A stretch of 64,000 bases of DNA from an uncultured Chloroflexia bacterium (GTDB taxonomy: Bacteria; Chloroflexota; Anaerolineae; JAAYZQ01). The notes under the pieces are model-generated. The model saw only the letters and a list, made by a program, of their open reading frames with translations, made no database searches and was not told the DNA's origin. The stretch covers positions 32,001 to 96,000 of the forward strand of contig CAVOXA010000007.1 in the NCBI GenBank assembly GCA_963700285.1. Reading direction: 5' to 3'. Within the stretch, counting starts at the first letter, position 1. Every line of letters starts with the position of its first letter. Made by a program: the position numbers and the translations under genes. Shown piece by piece: positions 1-10,873 of this stretch.

Positions 1-2484
1 GATCCGGCGGTCTATGGGGCTGGCGGATCCTACCCCGGAACCCTGGCCGAGGTGGTGAGCGACGGCTGGGTGCGCGGACAACGGGTCGTTGGCATCGCGC
101 TCTATCCGGTTCAGTACGAGCCTGCCACGGGTGGGCTGACGGTCTATGAGAACCTGGAGGTGCAGGTGCGCTTCGAGGGGGCTGCTGCGGCAGGACGCCC
201 CGGCGGGGCCCAGGGCCCCGCGCACGAGGCGCTGTTCGAGAGCGAGTTGCTGAACTATGAGGCAGCGCGGAACTGGGCCAGCGCCACAGAGGCGGCGGGT
301 CCCGAAGCCGTGCCCTGGATGCCGCCGGACCCAGGCTTCCGGGTGTACGTGGAAGAAGAAGGGATTTACAGGCTGTCCTATGGCGAGCTGCAGGCGGCCG
401 GTGTGCTGGCCGGCAACCCCGATCCGGGGACATTCCGCATGTACAACATGGGCCAGGAGGTGGCCATCCACGTCGAGCTGGGCGGTGACGGGAACTTTGG
501 CGCGGGGGACTATATACTCTTTTACGGGCAAGCTATCGCGTCCAAGTACAGCCGCTACAACGTGTACTGGCTGACCCACGGTCAGGGTACAACCAAGCCG
601 ATGGGCAGCCGCGATGGGTCGCCATCGGGAGGGACGGCGCCCGCGACTTTTGATGACCTGCTCCATCTGGAGCAAAACCAGTACTATGTCACGAGTCTGG
701 TGGGTGATGAAAACCTGGAACGGTTCGTGTGGGACTATTTGTATCCGCCGGAGCGGAACAGTTGGGCGACCAGCCTTTCGCTGACGGCCCCGGCCCATGG
801 GTCAGAGAAGGCAACGCTCAAGATCCTGGTTCATGGCGGCGATCTGCCGGACAACGCCTCCGATCCTCACCGCGTGCAGGTCTATCTCAACGGTGGTGAG
901 GTGAAGGACGAATCGTGGAACGGCATCGGCCAGCACGAGATCATCATTGGCAATCTGAGCCAGACCCTGCTCAACGCGGGCAGCAACAACGTGGAGCTAC
1001 GAGCTCCCAGGGCCGAGGACCTGGTGTACGTGGACTGGCTGGACCTAGCCTTTGCCAACACTTTTGTGGCTGGTGCCGACTCGCTGGCCTTCAACCAGGC
1101 CAATCCTGGCAAGTGGCAGTTCGGCATCGACGCCTTTAGCCAGTCCGGCGTGGCGGTCTTTGACGTAACCGACCCGGCCTCGGTGGCACGCATCCTTAAC
1201 GGCAGCGTGACTCCCTCGGGCCCGAGTTTCTCCCTTGCCTTCACGGATCAGATCGCCGCTCCCACCCGCTATCTGGCTCTGGCCAGCACCGCGTTCCTGC
1301 CGGCGGCCAAGATCGAGCGCGACACAGCCTCCAATCTGCAGTCGGCAGCCAATGGCGCGGACTATGTCCTGGTAACGCACCGGGATTTCGCCGCCGCGGT
1401 GGCGCCTCTGGCGGCCTACCGGGCCGGGCAGGGGCTGCGGGTCGTGCAGGTGGATGTGCAGGACGCCTACGACGAGTTCGGCTATGGCCTGCCTAGCGCG
1501 CAGGCCCTGCGCGCGTTCCTGACCTATGCCTACGACAGATGGGTCGATCCTGCCCCCGAGTACGTGCTGCTGGTGGGCGACGGGCATTACGATCCAAAGG
1601 ACTATGGGGGCCATGGGCTGGCGAGCTATATCCCGCCCTACCTGGCGCCTGTGGATCCCTATATCAACGAGACGGCGGCGGACAACCGCTATGTGTCCTT
1701 CACCGCCGGGGACGAAATCCCGGATATGATGCTGGGTCGGATGGCGGTGAATTCGGCCGCGGAGGCCACCGTCGTCGTTAACAAGACCCTGGACTATGAG
1801 AAGGCGCCCGCGCCCGGAAGCTGGAACAACCGCGTGCTCTTTGTGGCTGACGATCCTGAGGCGGGCGCCAACTACCCCAAGATGTCGGACGATCTGATCG
1901 CTTGCTGCCTGCCGGGCAGTTATGGGTCGCCGAAAGTCTACTATACGGTGACCCATCCCACACCCGCTGGGGCCAGGGCCGCCATCCTTTCGGCCATCAG
2001 CGCCGGACAGTTGATCGTACACTATAACGGCCACGCGCTGACGTTCCGGTGGGCGGACGAGTCGCTGTTCAGGTCGAGTGACATCCCGTCCCTGGCCAAC
2101 GGAAACCGCCTGCCCATCATGCTGCCGATGACGCGCTACGATGGCTACTTCCACCAGCCGGTCCCCTCCTCCCAGGGCTCCATGGGCGAAGGCATCGTTC
2201 GCGCTGACGGGAAGGGGGCCGTGGCCAGTTGGTCGCCGGCGGGCGTCAACCTGTCGACAGGGCAGGCGGAGCTCGACAGCGGCTTCTTTGATACGGTCTT
2301 CAAGGCCGGCAGTAGAGTCGCAGGTCAGGCCGCTACGGCCGGCAAGGTGCGTCTGTGGGCGACCGGCAAGAACCAGGACCTGGTGGACACCTTCATATTC
2401 TTGGGCGATCCAGCGCTGGCGATCCATCCGCTCTGGGATGGGGCGTCTATCTTTCTTCCGGTGATCCAGAGGACTGCTCACTAG
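1..2484 (+). CDS. C25 (gingipain-like) peptidase family protein, 5'-truncated by the window edge; catalytic Cys position reads Arg
   Basis: Propeptide-like N-part; C25 core motifs ADYVLVTH, YVLLVGDG, PDMMLGR, YNGHA; C-terminal IFLPVIQR; close paralogue of 2746..6774; frame is open upstream of 52. Confidence 0.85.
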   Translation, partial: DPAVYGAGGSYPGTLAEVVSDGWVRGQRVVGIALYPVQYEPATGGLTVYENLEVQVRFEGAAAAGRPGGAQGPAHEALFESELLNYEAARNWASATEAAGPEAVPWMPPDPGFRVYVEEEGIYRLSYGELQAAGVLAGNPDPGTFRMYNMGQEVAIHVELGGDGNFGAGDYILFYGQAIASKYSRYNVYWLTHGQGTTKPMGSRDGSPSGGTAPATFDDLLHLEQNQYYVTSLVGDENLERFVWDYLYPPERNSWATSLSLTAPAHGSEKATLKILVHGGDLPDNASDPHRVQVYLNGGEVKDESWNGIGQHEIIIGNLSQTLLNAGSNNVELRAPRAEDLVYVDWLDLAFANTFVAGADSLAFNQANPGKWQFGIDAFSQSGVAVFDVTDPASVARILNGSVTPSGPSFSLAFTDQIAAPTRYLALASTAFLPAAKIERDTASNLQSAANGADYVLVTHRDFAAAVAPLAAYRAGQGLRVVQVDVQDAYDEFGYGLPSAQALRAFLTYAYDRWVDPAPEYVLLVGDGHYDPKDYGGHGLASYIPPYLAPVDPYINETAADNRYVSFTAGDEIPDMMLGRMAVNSAAEATVVVNKTLDYEKAPAPGSWNNRVLFVADDPEAGANYPKMSDDLIACCLPGSYGSPKVYYTVTHPTPAGARAAILSAISAGQLIVHYNGHALTFRWADESLFRSSDIPSLANGNRLPIMLPMTRYDGYFHQPVPSSQGSMGEGIVRADGKGAVASWSPAGVNLSTGQAELDSGFFDTVFKAGSRVAGQAATAGKVRLWATGKNQDLVDTFIFLGDPALAIHPLWDGASIFLPVIQRTAH

Positions 2485-2745
2485 ATCTGCCAGTGCCATG
2501 TCGCGGCTGTGCTGAGACCAGTCCCCCAGTTCGCAATGGGTGGGCTGGTCTCTGTTCATCGGTCGCAAGATCCCGAGGTTGCCGTTCCAGGCACATCAAG
2601 CACGCCCTGCCGGTCCGCTACGGCGACGTGCCTCCGGATCATCTGCTGTAATGCAGCTAACGGAGAAAAACCGAAATTCAGGTTGTAATGGGATGGTGGT
2701 ATAATCATTGAGGAACTCCGTATTCGGGCAAGCTCGGGGCAAGTC

Positions 2746-5700
2746 GTGATGGGAGATAGGCACATGGGACGAAATGCGCGGTGGTTTGGAAGAACTGGAT
2801 TGCTGGTGACCGCACTGGTGCTGGGCGCCATGCTGCTGATGCTCACTGTCGCCCTGGCCGCCGAGGCGCCGAGCGCTGTCCAGACGCAAGAGGGGGATGG
2901 ACTGCGTCTGGTTTCTGCATCTGAGGCGGAGGTGGTATTCCGCGTCTCTCTGCCCCCAGATCTGTTGGATCTTGAGCCACTCTCCATCGATGGCCAAGCG
3001 TACGTGCAGCCGCGGATCACGGGCTGGGCGACCAGTGGGAGCCCGGGTGCGCCGGAGCTGCCCTATGTGCTGGGCGCCATCGGGGCGCCCCCTGGCACCC
3101 AGGTGCGGGTAGAGATAGAGCCGGGCACGGCGTACAGGTTCGAGCTCTCGGCGCCCGTGGCGCCGGTGGCAACCATCACGGCCGGGATGGACTGGGAAGC
3201 CCTCGGAAATGGAGAGCTGGCCCTCCCACGGCCGGCCCGGGATCTTGAAATGGATGCGGCGGTTTATGGCGCGGGTGGCTCCTACCCGGGAGCGCTGGCC
3301 GAGGTCGTGAGTGATGCCCAGGTACGGGGCCAGCGCGTGGTGGGCATCGCCGCCTATCCAGTGCAGTACGAACCCACGACTGGCGTGCTGACGGTCTATG
3401 AGAATCTTGAGGTACGGGTGCGCTTCGAGGGGGCTGGCGCCGTTGGGCGCCCTGGGGCTGTAGTTGCGGCCGAGTCCCCGGTTTTTGAATCGCTGTTCGA
3501 AGGCGGGTTGTTGAACTACGATCAAGCCCGGGCGTGGCGCCGAGGGCAAGAGCCAGCGGTTCCTGACGTCGCGCCGTGGACGCCTCCGGAGCCTGGATAC
3601 CGCGTCTATGTGGAGAAGGAGGGGTTCTACAGGCTAACGCATGGAGAGCTACAGGCGGCCGGTGTATTGGCTGGAGACCCCGATCCGGGGACCTTCCGCA
3701 TGTACCACCAGGGCCAGGAGGTGGCGATTCACGTCGAGTTGGGTGGCGACGGCAGCTTTGATTCAGGCGATTATCTGCTCTTTTACGGGGAGGCGGTAGC
3801 ATCCAAGTACACGCGGTACAATGTGTACTGGCTGACCCACGGCCAGGGCTCGACCAAAGCGATGGGCGATCGGGATGGGACTCCGGCAGGAGGAACGACA
3901 CCGGCCACCTTTGTCGACCACGTCCATCTGGAGACAGACAAGTACTATATCACCAGCCTCATCGGCGATGAGAACCTGGACCGGTTCGTCTGGGACTACC
4001 TTTACCCCCCTTCCAAGCCGCAGTGGTCGCACACGTTTCCGCTGGCGGAACCTGTGACCGCCGGGCCGTACACGGCAACGCTGACCCTGGCGATGTTTGG
4101 CTCCCTGAAAAGCCCCATCACGCCAGATCACCACACAAAGATCTTTGTAAATGGTACACCTGTGGAGGATGCCACCTGGGACGGCACGGCCTGGCGCATC
4201 TCGACGCCCAAAGTCAAGCAGTCGTTGTTGGTATCCGGGCCAAATACGATAGCCGTTCAGGCCCCCAACGACTTGGGTGTGGGATACGATCTGGTGTACA
4301 TTGATGAGGCGGACCTAGTGTACACCAGCACATTTACAGTCGCCGGCGATGCCCTGTCCTTTGCCTACGACGTGACGGGTACCCTGGACTATGTGCTGGA
4401 GGGCTTTACGACTTCTGACATTGTCGCCTTTGACGTGACGGACCCCACCTCGGTCAAGACCATCTCCGGCGGGAGCACCGCCGCCTCCGGGCCGGGCTAT
4501 GCCTTCACCTTTTCCGATGCGGTGTTGGGTCTGAAGGACTACAGGGTGCTGGCGCCGGCCAACTACCGGTCTGTGGTACGGATCGAGCAGGATACGCCAT
4601 CCCACCTGCAATCCGCGGCCAACGGGGCGGACTATATTGTGGTCACCCATCCGGACTTTGCTGCGGCGGTCGCGCCGCTGGCTGCCCACCGGGCAGCGCA
4701 GGGGCTGCGCGTGGTCCAGGTGGAGGTACAGGACGTCTACGACGAATTTGGCTATGGCATGGCCGGGGCGCAGGCCATCCAAGCCTTTCTCAAGTATGCC
4801 TACAGCACCTGGAAAACTCCCGCTCCATCCTACGCGCTACTGGTGGGTGATGGGCACTATGACCCCAAGAATAACGGCGGGCACGGGCTGCCCAGCTATA
4901 TGCCTCCCTACCTGGCGCCGGTGGATCCGTGGATAACTGAGACGACGGCGGACAACCGTTATGTGTCTTTCACGGGAGGGGATCAGGTTCCAGACATGAT
5001 GTTGGGCCGCCTGGCGGTGAACTCGGCCGCCGAGACGACCGTGGTCGTAAACAAGATCCTGAACTATGAGCAGAATTCGCCCCCTGGGGATTGGCGCCAG
5101 GAGGTACTCTTGGTGGCGGACAATGAGGACCTTGGCGGGAAATTCGACAAACTCTCGGACGATCTGATCGCCTGCTGCCTGCCGAGCCCCTACTTGCCCC
5201 AAAAGGTCTATTACAAGGTAACGCATGCCACGGTCGGCGAGACCAACACGGCCATCCGCTCCCGCATCAGCGACGGCAAGCTGCTGGTGAACTATATTGG
5301 GCACGCTTCCATCACCAATTGGGCCGGCGAACCCCTGTTCAGGTCCACGGAAGTCCCCTCGCTGACCAATGGCGAGAAACTGCCGATCATGCTCGGCATG
5401 ACCTGCTACGAGGGTTACCACCACCGCCCTCTGCCGCCCAAGGACGACGCGCTGGCCGAGGTCATTGTGCGCGCGGCAGGCAAGGGCGCGGTCGCCAGTT
5501 GGTCCCCGACCGGCCTCGGCGTGGCGACGGGGCACGACCAATTGAACCGCGGCTTTTACAAAGCAGTCTTCCAGGGGGGGAGCCGCATCCTGGGCGAGGC
5601 GGTGATGGCCGGCAAGCTCCAGCTTGCCGCCTCTGGCCAGAGCCCCGATCTGTTGGACACCTTTACCCTCTTTGGCGACCCGGCCCTCCAGATCAATGCC

Positions 5701-6774
5701 CTGGACGCGGATCTTCAGCTTGACAAGGCCGTCGAGCCGGCGGGCCTGGTCGAGCAGGGCCAGGTATTGACCTATACCCTGACCTTCAGCAATGCCGGTC
5801 CGTCCATGGCTCACGGCGTCGTGCTGACCGACGTGGTTCCCGCCGAGCTGGTGGGCGCCACGGTGGTGTATTCCAGTCCCAACGTCCTTGGCCAGAGACC
5901 TGGCACTCCCTTTGCCTGGGAGATCGCTGACCTGAGTTCCGGGGAGGGTGGCGAGATCCAATTCGCCGGTACAGTGCCGATCGCTTCGCTGCCCGGTCCG
6001 TACACAATCAAGAACGAGGCCGAGATCACCATGGCCGAGCCGGATAGCGATCCGTCGAGCAATACGGCCTTCACCAACACGCCGGTAGCCGGCCAGATCT
6101 ATGGTCTCTACCTGCCCTTGGTAGCGAAGCGCTTCGATCCGCAGTTGTACGACGATTTTGAGAACCCCAGGTACGACATTTCCTTCAACCCCAATCTGTG
6201 GGACCGGGCCGGGCATCCAGCCTATGGGATCCGGCAGTGGGCGGGTACCCTGGCCTTTGAGGGCGATACAGCGCCTGCCAATACGGGCGCTGAAATGTAC
6301 TTGAAACAACCCCAGCAGCGCAGCCTGAGCGAGGTTCAGGAGTTCGAAGCGGAACTCAAGTTCGACTCAGGACAGGTCGGGGGCTATGCCTCGGTCAAGA
6401 TCCAGACCGTAGCCGGCCTGGGCAGCGGCCAGGGTTGGTGGACGCAGTGCACGCTGGCCGCTGCGGACAGCGTGGCGCCCTCGATCGTCTGCGACGTGTC
6501 CACCTACGATGGCACGGGTGACGCCAGAGAATACCGGTCTCCCGTGGTACCCACCCAATTCGATACCTGGTATACCGTCCGGATCGAGACAGATCCTGAT
6601 ACCGCCCGACTGAGTTTCTATGTGGACGGTGTCCTCATCGGCACGCATCTTCCCCAGGACGCTGCCGCGCTCAAGACCGCCAAACTGAGCCCCAAAGTCG
6701 GGGTCTGGAACGGGGCGGCAGGGACAACCGCTACCCGCCACGTAGACGAGGTACGCATCACGCCAGCAAGGTGA
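2746..6774 (+). CDS. Secreted C25 (gingipain-like) cysteine peptidase with propeptide, DUF11-like Ig domain and C-terminal beta-sandwich domain
   Basis: Hydrophobic signal peptide; YIGHA (His) and GMTCY (Cys) dyad; ADLQLDKAV...YTLTFSNAGPS DUF11 signature; internal LYLPLVAKR motif; exact start among the ATGs at 2746-2764 uncertain. Confidence 0.88.
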   Translation: MMGDRHMGRNARWFGRTGLLVTALVLGAMLLMLTVALAAEAPSAVQTQEGDGLRLVSASEAEVVFRVSLPPDLLDLEPLSIDGQAYVQPRITGWATSGSPGAPELPYVLGAIGAPPGTQVRVEIEPGTAYRFELSAPVAPVATITAGMDWEALGNGELALPRPARDLEMDAAVYGAGGSYPGALAEVVSDAQVRGQRVVGIAAYPVQYEPTTGVLTVYENLEVRVRFEGAGAVGRPGAVVAAESPVFESLFEGGLLNYDQARAWRRGQEPAVPDVAPWTPPEPGYRVYVEKEGFYRLTHGELQAAGVLAGDPDPGTFRMYHQGQEVAIHVELGGDGSFDSGDYLLFYGEAVASKYTRYNVYWLTHGQGSTKAMGDRDGTPAGGTTPATFVDHVHLETDKYYITSLIGDENLDRFVWDYLYPPSKPQWSHTFPLAEPVTAGPYTATLTLAMFGSLKSPITPDHHTKIFVNGTPVEDATWDGTAWRISTPKVKQSLLVSGPNTIAVQAPNDLGVGYDLVYIDEADLVYTSTFTVAGDALSFAYDVTGTLDYVLEGFTTSDIVAFDVTDPTSVKTISGGSTAASGPGYAFTFSDAVLGLKDYRVLAPANYRSVVRIEQDTPSHLQSAANGADYIVVTHPDFAAAVAPLAAHRAAQGLRVVQVEVQDVYDEFGYGMAGAQAIQAFLKYAYSTWKTPAPSYALLVGDGHYDPKNNGGHGLPSYMPPYLAPVDPWITETTADNRYVSFTGGDQVPDMMLGRLAVNSAAETTVVVNKILNYEQNSPPGDWRQEVLLVADNEDLGGKFDKLSDDLIACCLPSPYLPQKVYYKVTHATVGETNTAIRSRISDGKLLVNYIGHASITNWAGEPLFRSTEVPSLTNGEKLPIMLGMTCYEGYHHRPLPPKDDALAEVIVRAAGKGAVASWSPTGLGVATGHDQLNRGFYKAVFQGGSRILGEAVMAGKLQLAASGQSPDLLDTFTLFGDPALQINALDADLQLDKAVEPAGLVEQGQVLTYTLTFSNAGPSMAHGVVLTDVVPAELVGATVVYSSPNVLGQRPGTPFAWEIADLSSGEGGEIQFAGTVPIASLPGPYTIKNEAEITMAEPDSDPSSNTAFTNTPVAGQIYGLYLPLVAKRFDPQLYDDFENPRYDISFNPNLWDRAGHPAYGIRQWAGTLAFEGDTAPANTGAEMYLKQPQQRSLSEVQEFEAELKFDSGQVGGYASVKIQTVAGLGSGQGWWTQCTLAAADSVAPSIVCDVSTYDGTGDAREYRSPVVPTQFDTWYTVRIETDPDTARLSFYVDGVLIGTHLPQDAAALKTAKLSPKVGVWNGAAGTTATRHVDEVRITPAR

Positions 6775-6814
6775 CAGGGGCGGCTGCAAACCTGACGGAT
6801 ACTGATTCGTAGCT

Positions 6815-6848
6815 AGACCTCGGAGGTTTTCTTCAACCTCCGAGGTCT
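6815..6848. repeat. Palindromic REP-like hairpin, possible terminator
   Basis: agacctcggaggtt-ttcttc-aacctccgaggtct, perfect 14-bp inverted repeat just after the C25 stop. Confidence 0.7.
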
Positions 6849-7051
6849 TTTGGATCGGCAGCAACGGGATCGATCTCTGTACTTGGGTGTGCCTGTCGAG
6901 ATGGATCCATGCCGAAAGCCGTCATAAGATTCGGACCCATCCGTCGTCGCAAGCTCCCTTTCCCTTTTTTGGGGGAAACGCTACCCCGAGGGCACACGCC
7001 GGGACAGTGGCACAGTGGCACAGTAGAACCCTCACCCATGGAAGCGAGACC

Positions 7052-7150
7052 AGACCTGACAGGTTTCTTGGCAATAGTTGCAGGATTTGCGCCGCCCAAG
7101 GACGACGCATACGCATGATGCTGCCGATCTGACGCAAACCTGTCAGGTCT
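7052..7150. repeat. REP-like inverted pair
   Basis: agacctgacaggttt (7052-7066) and aaacctgtcaggtct (7136-7150) are perfect reverse complements. Confidence 0.6.
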
Positions 7151-7175
7151 TTGTTGATACCCAGATCTGCCAGCG

Positions 7176-7204
7176 TTGACAAATGAGCAGGGGCGTGATA
7201 TGAT
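7176..7204 (+). promoter_or_regulatory. Sigma70-type promoter for the mttB cluster
   Basis: TTGACA-17bp-TATGAT with extended TG. Confidence 0.7.
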
Positions 7205-7429
7205 GTCGGGGCCCTTTGGGCCTCAGACTGATTGTGGGAGGTTGAGCGATGTGGACCCTATGCCCGCGTCCGCTCCTTGAAGCTGGTCTCTGACTCCATA
7301 CACCTCGCTAATGGTGGCAGTCTGCCGCTGCCCTTGACGTTCCTTGCTTGTACCAAACCCACTTTGAGACTGACGTTCCAACGTTGAAACGTTCCAACGT
7401 GAAACTGTAACCTTTGAGGAGGATGACCC

Positions 7430-8908
7430 ATGATCAGACCGAAACTGGAATTCCTGTCGCCGGAAGGCGTGGGGCGTGCCATTGACGAGGCCTACGAATT
7501 GCTGTGGGATCCTGGGGTACGCGTCCACTATGACGAAGCGCTGAAATTGCTGGCCGAGGCCGGCGCTACCGTGGATATGGAGTCGCGTGTGGCCCAGATC
7601 CCCCGTGACCTGGCCGAGCGATGCGTCGCGACGGCACCCAGTTCTTTCCATCTCTACGACTTTTACGGGGAGCCGCTCGTCCACTATGGCGGCGACGATA
7701 TTCACTACGATCCCGGATCGGCGGCCATCGAGATCGCCGACTATGACGCCAAAGAGTCGCGTGTGCCCGTGACGGCCGACCTCGAGAATTTCGTGCGCCT
7801 GGCCGACACGCTGCCCCAGATCGACGCCCTGGCCACCAGCATCGTCTGCGGCGACGTGCCCCAGAACATGGCCGATTGGTACCGCCTGTACCTGGTCCTG
7901 CTCTACGGCAGCAAGCCGATCGTGACCGGTACCTTTGCCATCGAGAGCTTTGCCATCATGCACGAGCTGCTCATCGCCGTATCAGGCAGCGCGGAGGCCT
8001 TGGCCGAAAAGCCGCGGGCGGTCTTTGACGTCTGCCCCTCGCCACCACTGCTGTGGAGTGACATCACCTGCGCCAACCTCATCGACTGCGCCCGCGCGGG
8101 CGTGCCTGCCGAGCTGGTCTCCATGCCTCTGACCGGCGCCACCGGCCCGCAAACCGTCATTGGCTCGGCCGTACAGCACGCCGCCGAGTGCCTGAGCGGT
8201 ATCACCATCCACCAGTTGGCCAAGGCTGGCAGCCCCATCGTCTGGGGCGGCTCACCGGCTTCCTTTGACATGCGCACCGGCACCACGCCCATGGGCGCCA
8301 TGGCCACCATGATGCTGGACTGCACCTATACCCAGATTGGCAAGAACATCAAGCCCGGCGGCGGCCTGCCAACGCACGCCTACCTGGGCATGGCCGACAC
8401 CAAGATCGTGGACGCCCAGACCGGGCTGGAGACGGCCTCGGGCGCCATTCTGGGCGCGCTGGCCGGTGTCAATATGATGTCCGGGCCGGGCATGATGGAC
8501 TTTGAGAGCTGCTTCAGCCTGGAGAAGCTGGTCATCGACGCCGAGATTGTAGGCATGGCCAAGCGGCTGGTGCGCGGTGTGGACGACACGGCCGATCCGC
8601 TGGCGCTGGACGTGATGCGCGAGATCGGCCACGCCGGCAATTTTCTCAAGAGCAAGCACACCCGCCGGTACTTTCGCAAAGAGGACTATATCCCCACCGA
8701 GGTCATCGACCGCGACTTCCGGCAGACCTGGTTCGACAAGGGAGCGCTGGACATCAACGCCCGCGCCCACCGTCGCGTTCAGGACCTGATCGCGGCCTAC
8801 GAGCTGCTGCCGCTGCCCGATGACATCGTTCGCGATCTGGAGTCGATTGCCAGCCGCCACGCCAGAGAAGCGGGGCTGGACAAGCTGCCAGCGCGCACGG
8901 TGCGCTAA
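7430..8908 (+). CDS. mttB: Trimethylamine/quaternary-amine:corrinoid methyltransferase (MttB superfamily, non-pyrrolysine)
   Basis: MttB motifs SPPLLW, GATGPQT, DMRTGTTPMG, FSLEKLVIDAEI; no internal amber codon; corrinoid protein gene adjacent. Confidence 0.9.
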   Translation: MIRPKLEFLSPEGVGRAIDEAYELLWDPGVRVHYDEALKLLAEAGATVDMESRVAQIPRDLAERCVATAPSSFHLYDFYGEPLVHYGGDDIHYDPGSAAIEIADYDAKESRVPVTADLENFVRLADTLPQIDALATSIVCGDVPQNMADWYRLYLVLLYGSKPIVTGTFAIESFAIMHELLIAVSGSAEALAEKPRAVFDVCPSPPLLWSDITCANLIDCARAGVPAELVSMPLTGATGPQTVIGSAVQHAAECLSGITIHQLAKAGSPIVWGGSPASFDMRTGTTPMGAMATMMLDCTYTQIGKNIKPGGGLPTHAYLGMADTKIVDAQTGLETASGAILGALAGVNMMSGPGMMDFESCFSLEKLVIDAEIVGMAKRLVRGVDDTADPLALDVMREIGHAGNFLKSKHTRRYFRKEDYIPTEVIDRDFRQTWFDKGALDINARAHRRVQDLIAAYELLPLPDDIVRDLESIASRHAREAGLDKLPARTVR

Positions 8909-8999
8909 CCTAGCCCAAGCTCCAGCAATACGCAACACGCAACACGTGTTACGTGCTACGTCTTGCTGCTACATGTCACGTGCATCAAAGGAGACAACC

Positions 9000-9647
9000 A
9001 TGTCTGAAGAACTGTACAAGGCAATGGCCCAGGCGGTCATTGAGGGAGACGACGAAGAGGCGGAGGCCCTGGCCCGGCAGGCGTTGGACCAGGGCGTCGA
9101 CGCGCTGGCCTGTATCAACCTGGGCTACACGGTTGGCATGGATGAGGTCGGTGAGCTGTTCTCGACCGGCGAGTACTTTTTGCCTGATCTGATTCTGGGC
9201 GGCGAGGCCATGAAGGCCGCCCTGGCTGTCCTGGAGCCGGCGCTGAAGGCGGCGGGCCAGGAGCGGGCGGTGCTGGGCCGCGTGGTCCTGGGCACGGTCA
9301 AGAGCGACATCCACGAGATCGGCAAATCGCTGGTGGGTACGATGCTTTCGGCCAACGGCTTTGAGGTCTATGACCTGGGGATCGACATCGAGTCCTCCGA
9401 GTTCGTGGCCAAGGCCCGCGAATACAATGCCGACATCGTGGCCCTGTCGGCCCTGCTGACGACGACCATGCTGCACCAGCGAGAGGTGATCGAGCACCTG
9501 GCCGAGGCGGGACTGCGCGACCAGGTGAAGGTGATGGTCGGCGGCTCACCCGTAACGCGGGGTTGGGCGGACCAGATCGGGGCCGACGGCTTTGCCGAGG
9601 ACGCGGCGTCCTCTGTGCCCGAAGCCAAACGTTTGATGGGTATCTAG
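9000..9647 (+). CDS. Methyltransferase-cognate corrinoid protein (MttC-like)
   Basis: B12-binding motif SDIHEIGK...LSALLTTT...VMVGG; SD AAGGAG before ATG 9000. Confidence 0.92.
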   Translation: MSEELYKAMAQAVIEGDDEEAEALARQALDQGVDALACINLGYTVGMDEVGELFSTGEYFLPDLILGGEAMKAALAVLEPALKAAGQERAVLGRVVLGTVKSDIHEIGKSLVGTMLSANGFEVYDLGIDIESSEFVAKAREYNADIVALSALLTTTMLHQREVIEHLAEAGLRDQVKVMVGGSPVTRGWADQIGADGFAEDAASSVPEAKRLMGI

Positions 9648-9749
9648 GAAAAATCACCGCGGAGAGGCAGAGTTCGCAGAGAAAACATAGACATAATGTT
9701 TCACTCTGTGTTCTCCGCGTCTCCGCGGTAAACGCTCACTGGAGGATTC

Positions 9750-10667
9750 GTGGAACTGACCGGTACCATCGTCCCGTTGGTGACGCCCTTTGAGGCTGAA
9801 GAGTTTGATGCGCAGGCCATGGGCCAGCTCATCGCCTGGGTGCTGGAGCAGGGGGCTGACGCCCTGATGCCCACGGCGCTGACGGGTGAGGGCCCCTTGC
9901 TGTCGGCAGAAGAGACCGTGGCGGTGTGGGCCGCGGTCTTTGAGCTGGTCGATGGCCGCGCGCCAGTTCTTCCAGCCATTATCTCGGCGACGACGCGCGA
10001 GTCCAGCTACCTGGTTCGTATCGCCGAGGGGATGGGCGCGGCGGCGGTCATGGTCGCGCCTGTTCTGCCCGAGCTTTACGCCGGGCGCTCGCATGACGAC
10101 GTCTGGGCCTTCTATGCCGACGTCGCAGCCGTCACGGCGCTGCCCATCATCCTGTTCAACTACCCGTCGCTGACCGGCGTAGATTTCACGCCGCCGCTGG
10201 TCGCCCGCCTCGTCGAGATCGACAACATCCGCTACATCAAGGAGAGTTCGGGCGACACCAGGCGGGTGCACGGCCTGCAACGCGCCCTCGGCGACCGGCT
10301 TTCGGTGATCTGCGGGACGCCCAATACGGCGCTGGAATCGCTGGCCCTGGGCTGCAGGATCTGGATCACGGGTGTCATGAACGCGGTGCCCAGGTCGGCG
10401 CAACAGTTGATGGCGGCTGTGGACCGGGGGGATCTGCCCCTGGCTCGCCGCATCTACCACGGGCAGATCTTGCCGGTGGTAGACGTACTGGCCGGAAACT
10501 ATAATCCCACGGGCACCATCAAGGCTGCCGTCCGCGCTCGTGGCGTCGATGTGGGCGTGCCCCGGCGGCCGGGCGGTGATGTGTCGCCGGAAGATTGGCT
10601 GCACTTGAAGGCGCTGATGGCCGGGATAGCGCGGGCCGAGGCGCGGACGGCCCAGATTCTTGAGTAG
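9750..10667 (+). CDS. Dihydrodipicolinate synthase/N-acetylneuraminate lyase family aldolase
   Basis: VPLVTPF, TGEG, LFNYP, YIKESSGD (Schiff-base Lys). Confidence 0.88.
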   Translation: MELTGTIVPLVTPFEAEEFDAQAMGQLIAWVLEQGADALMPTALTGEGPLLSAEETVAVWAAVFELVDGRAPVLPAIISATTRESSYLVRIAEGMGAAAVMVAPVLPELYAGRSHDDVWAFYADVAAVTALPIILFNYPSLTGVDFTPPLVARLVEIDNIRYIKESSGDTRRVHGLQRALGDRLSVICGTPNTALESLALGCRIWITGVMNAVPRSAQQLMAAVDRGDLPLARRIYHGQILPVVDVLAGNYNPTGTIKAAVRARGVDVGVPRRPGGDVSPEDWLHLKALMAGIARAEARTAQILE

Positions 10668-10873
10668 CCGCGACGCAGCCAAGGCGAATGCCTATCCCGA
10701 GGGACAAAGGAGATCTGCGTCGGCTCAACCGAGATCCTTCGCTGGTGCTACTAATGACACCGGTCCTGTCACTGCGAGGCCCGTCGTTTGGGCCGAAGCA
10801 CCGCCACGAGGCCTCGCGGTGGCAGTCCCCGACTCTGTCGCAAGTGGGGATTGCTTCGTCGGCCTACGGCCTC

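Noticed and set aside
7430-8908. Pyrrolysine-containing MttB
   Set aside because: No in-frame TAG; the ORF is full length.
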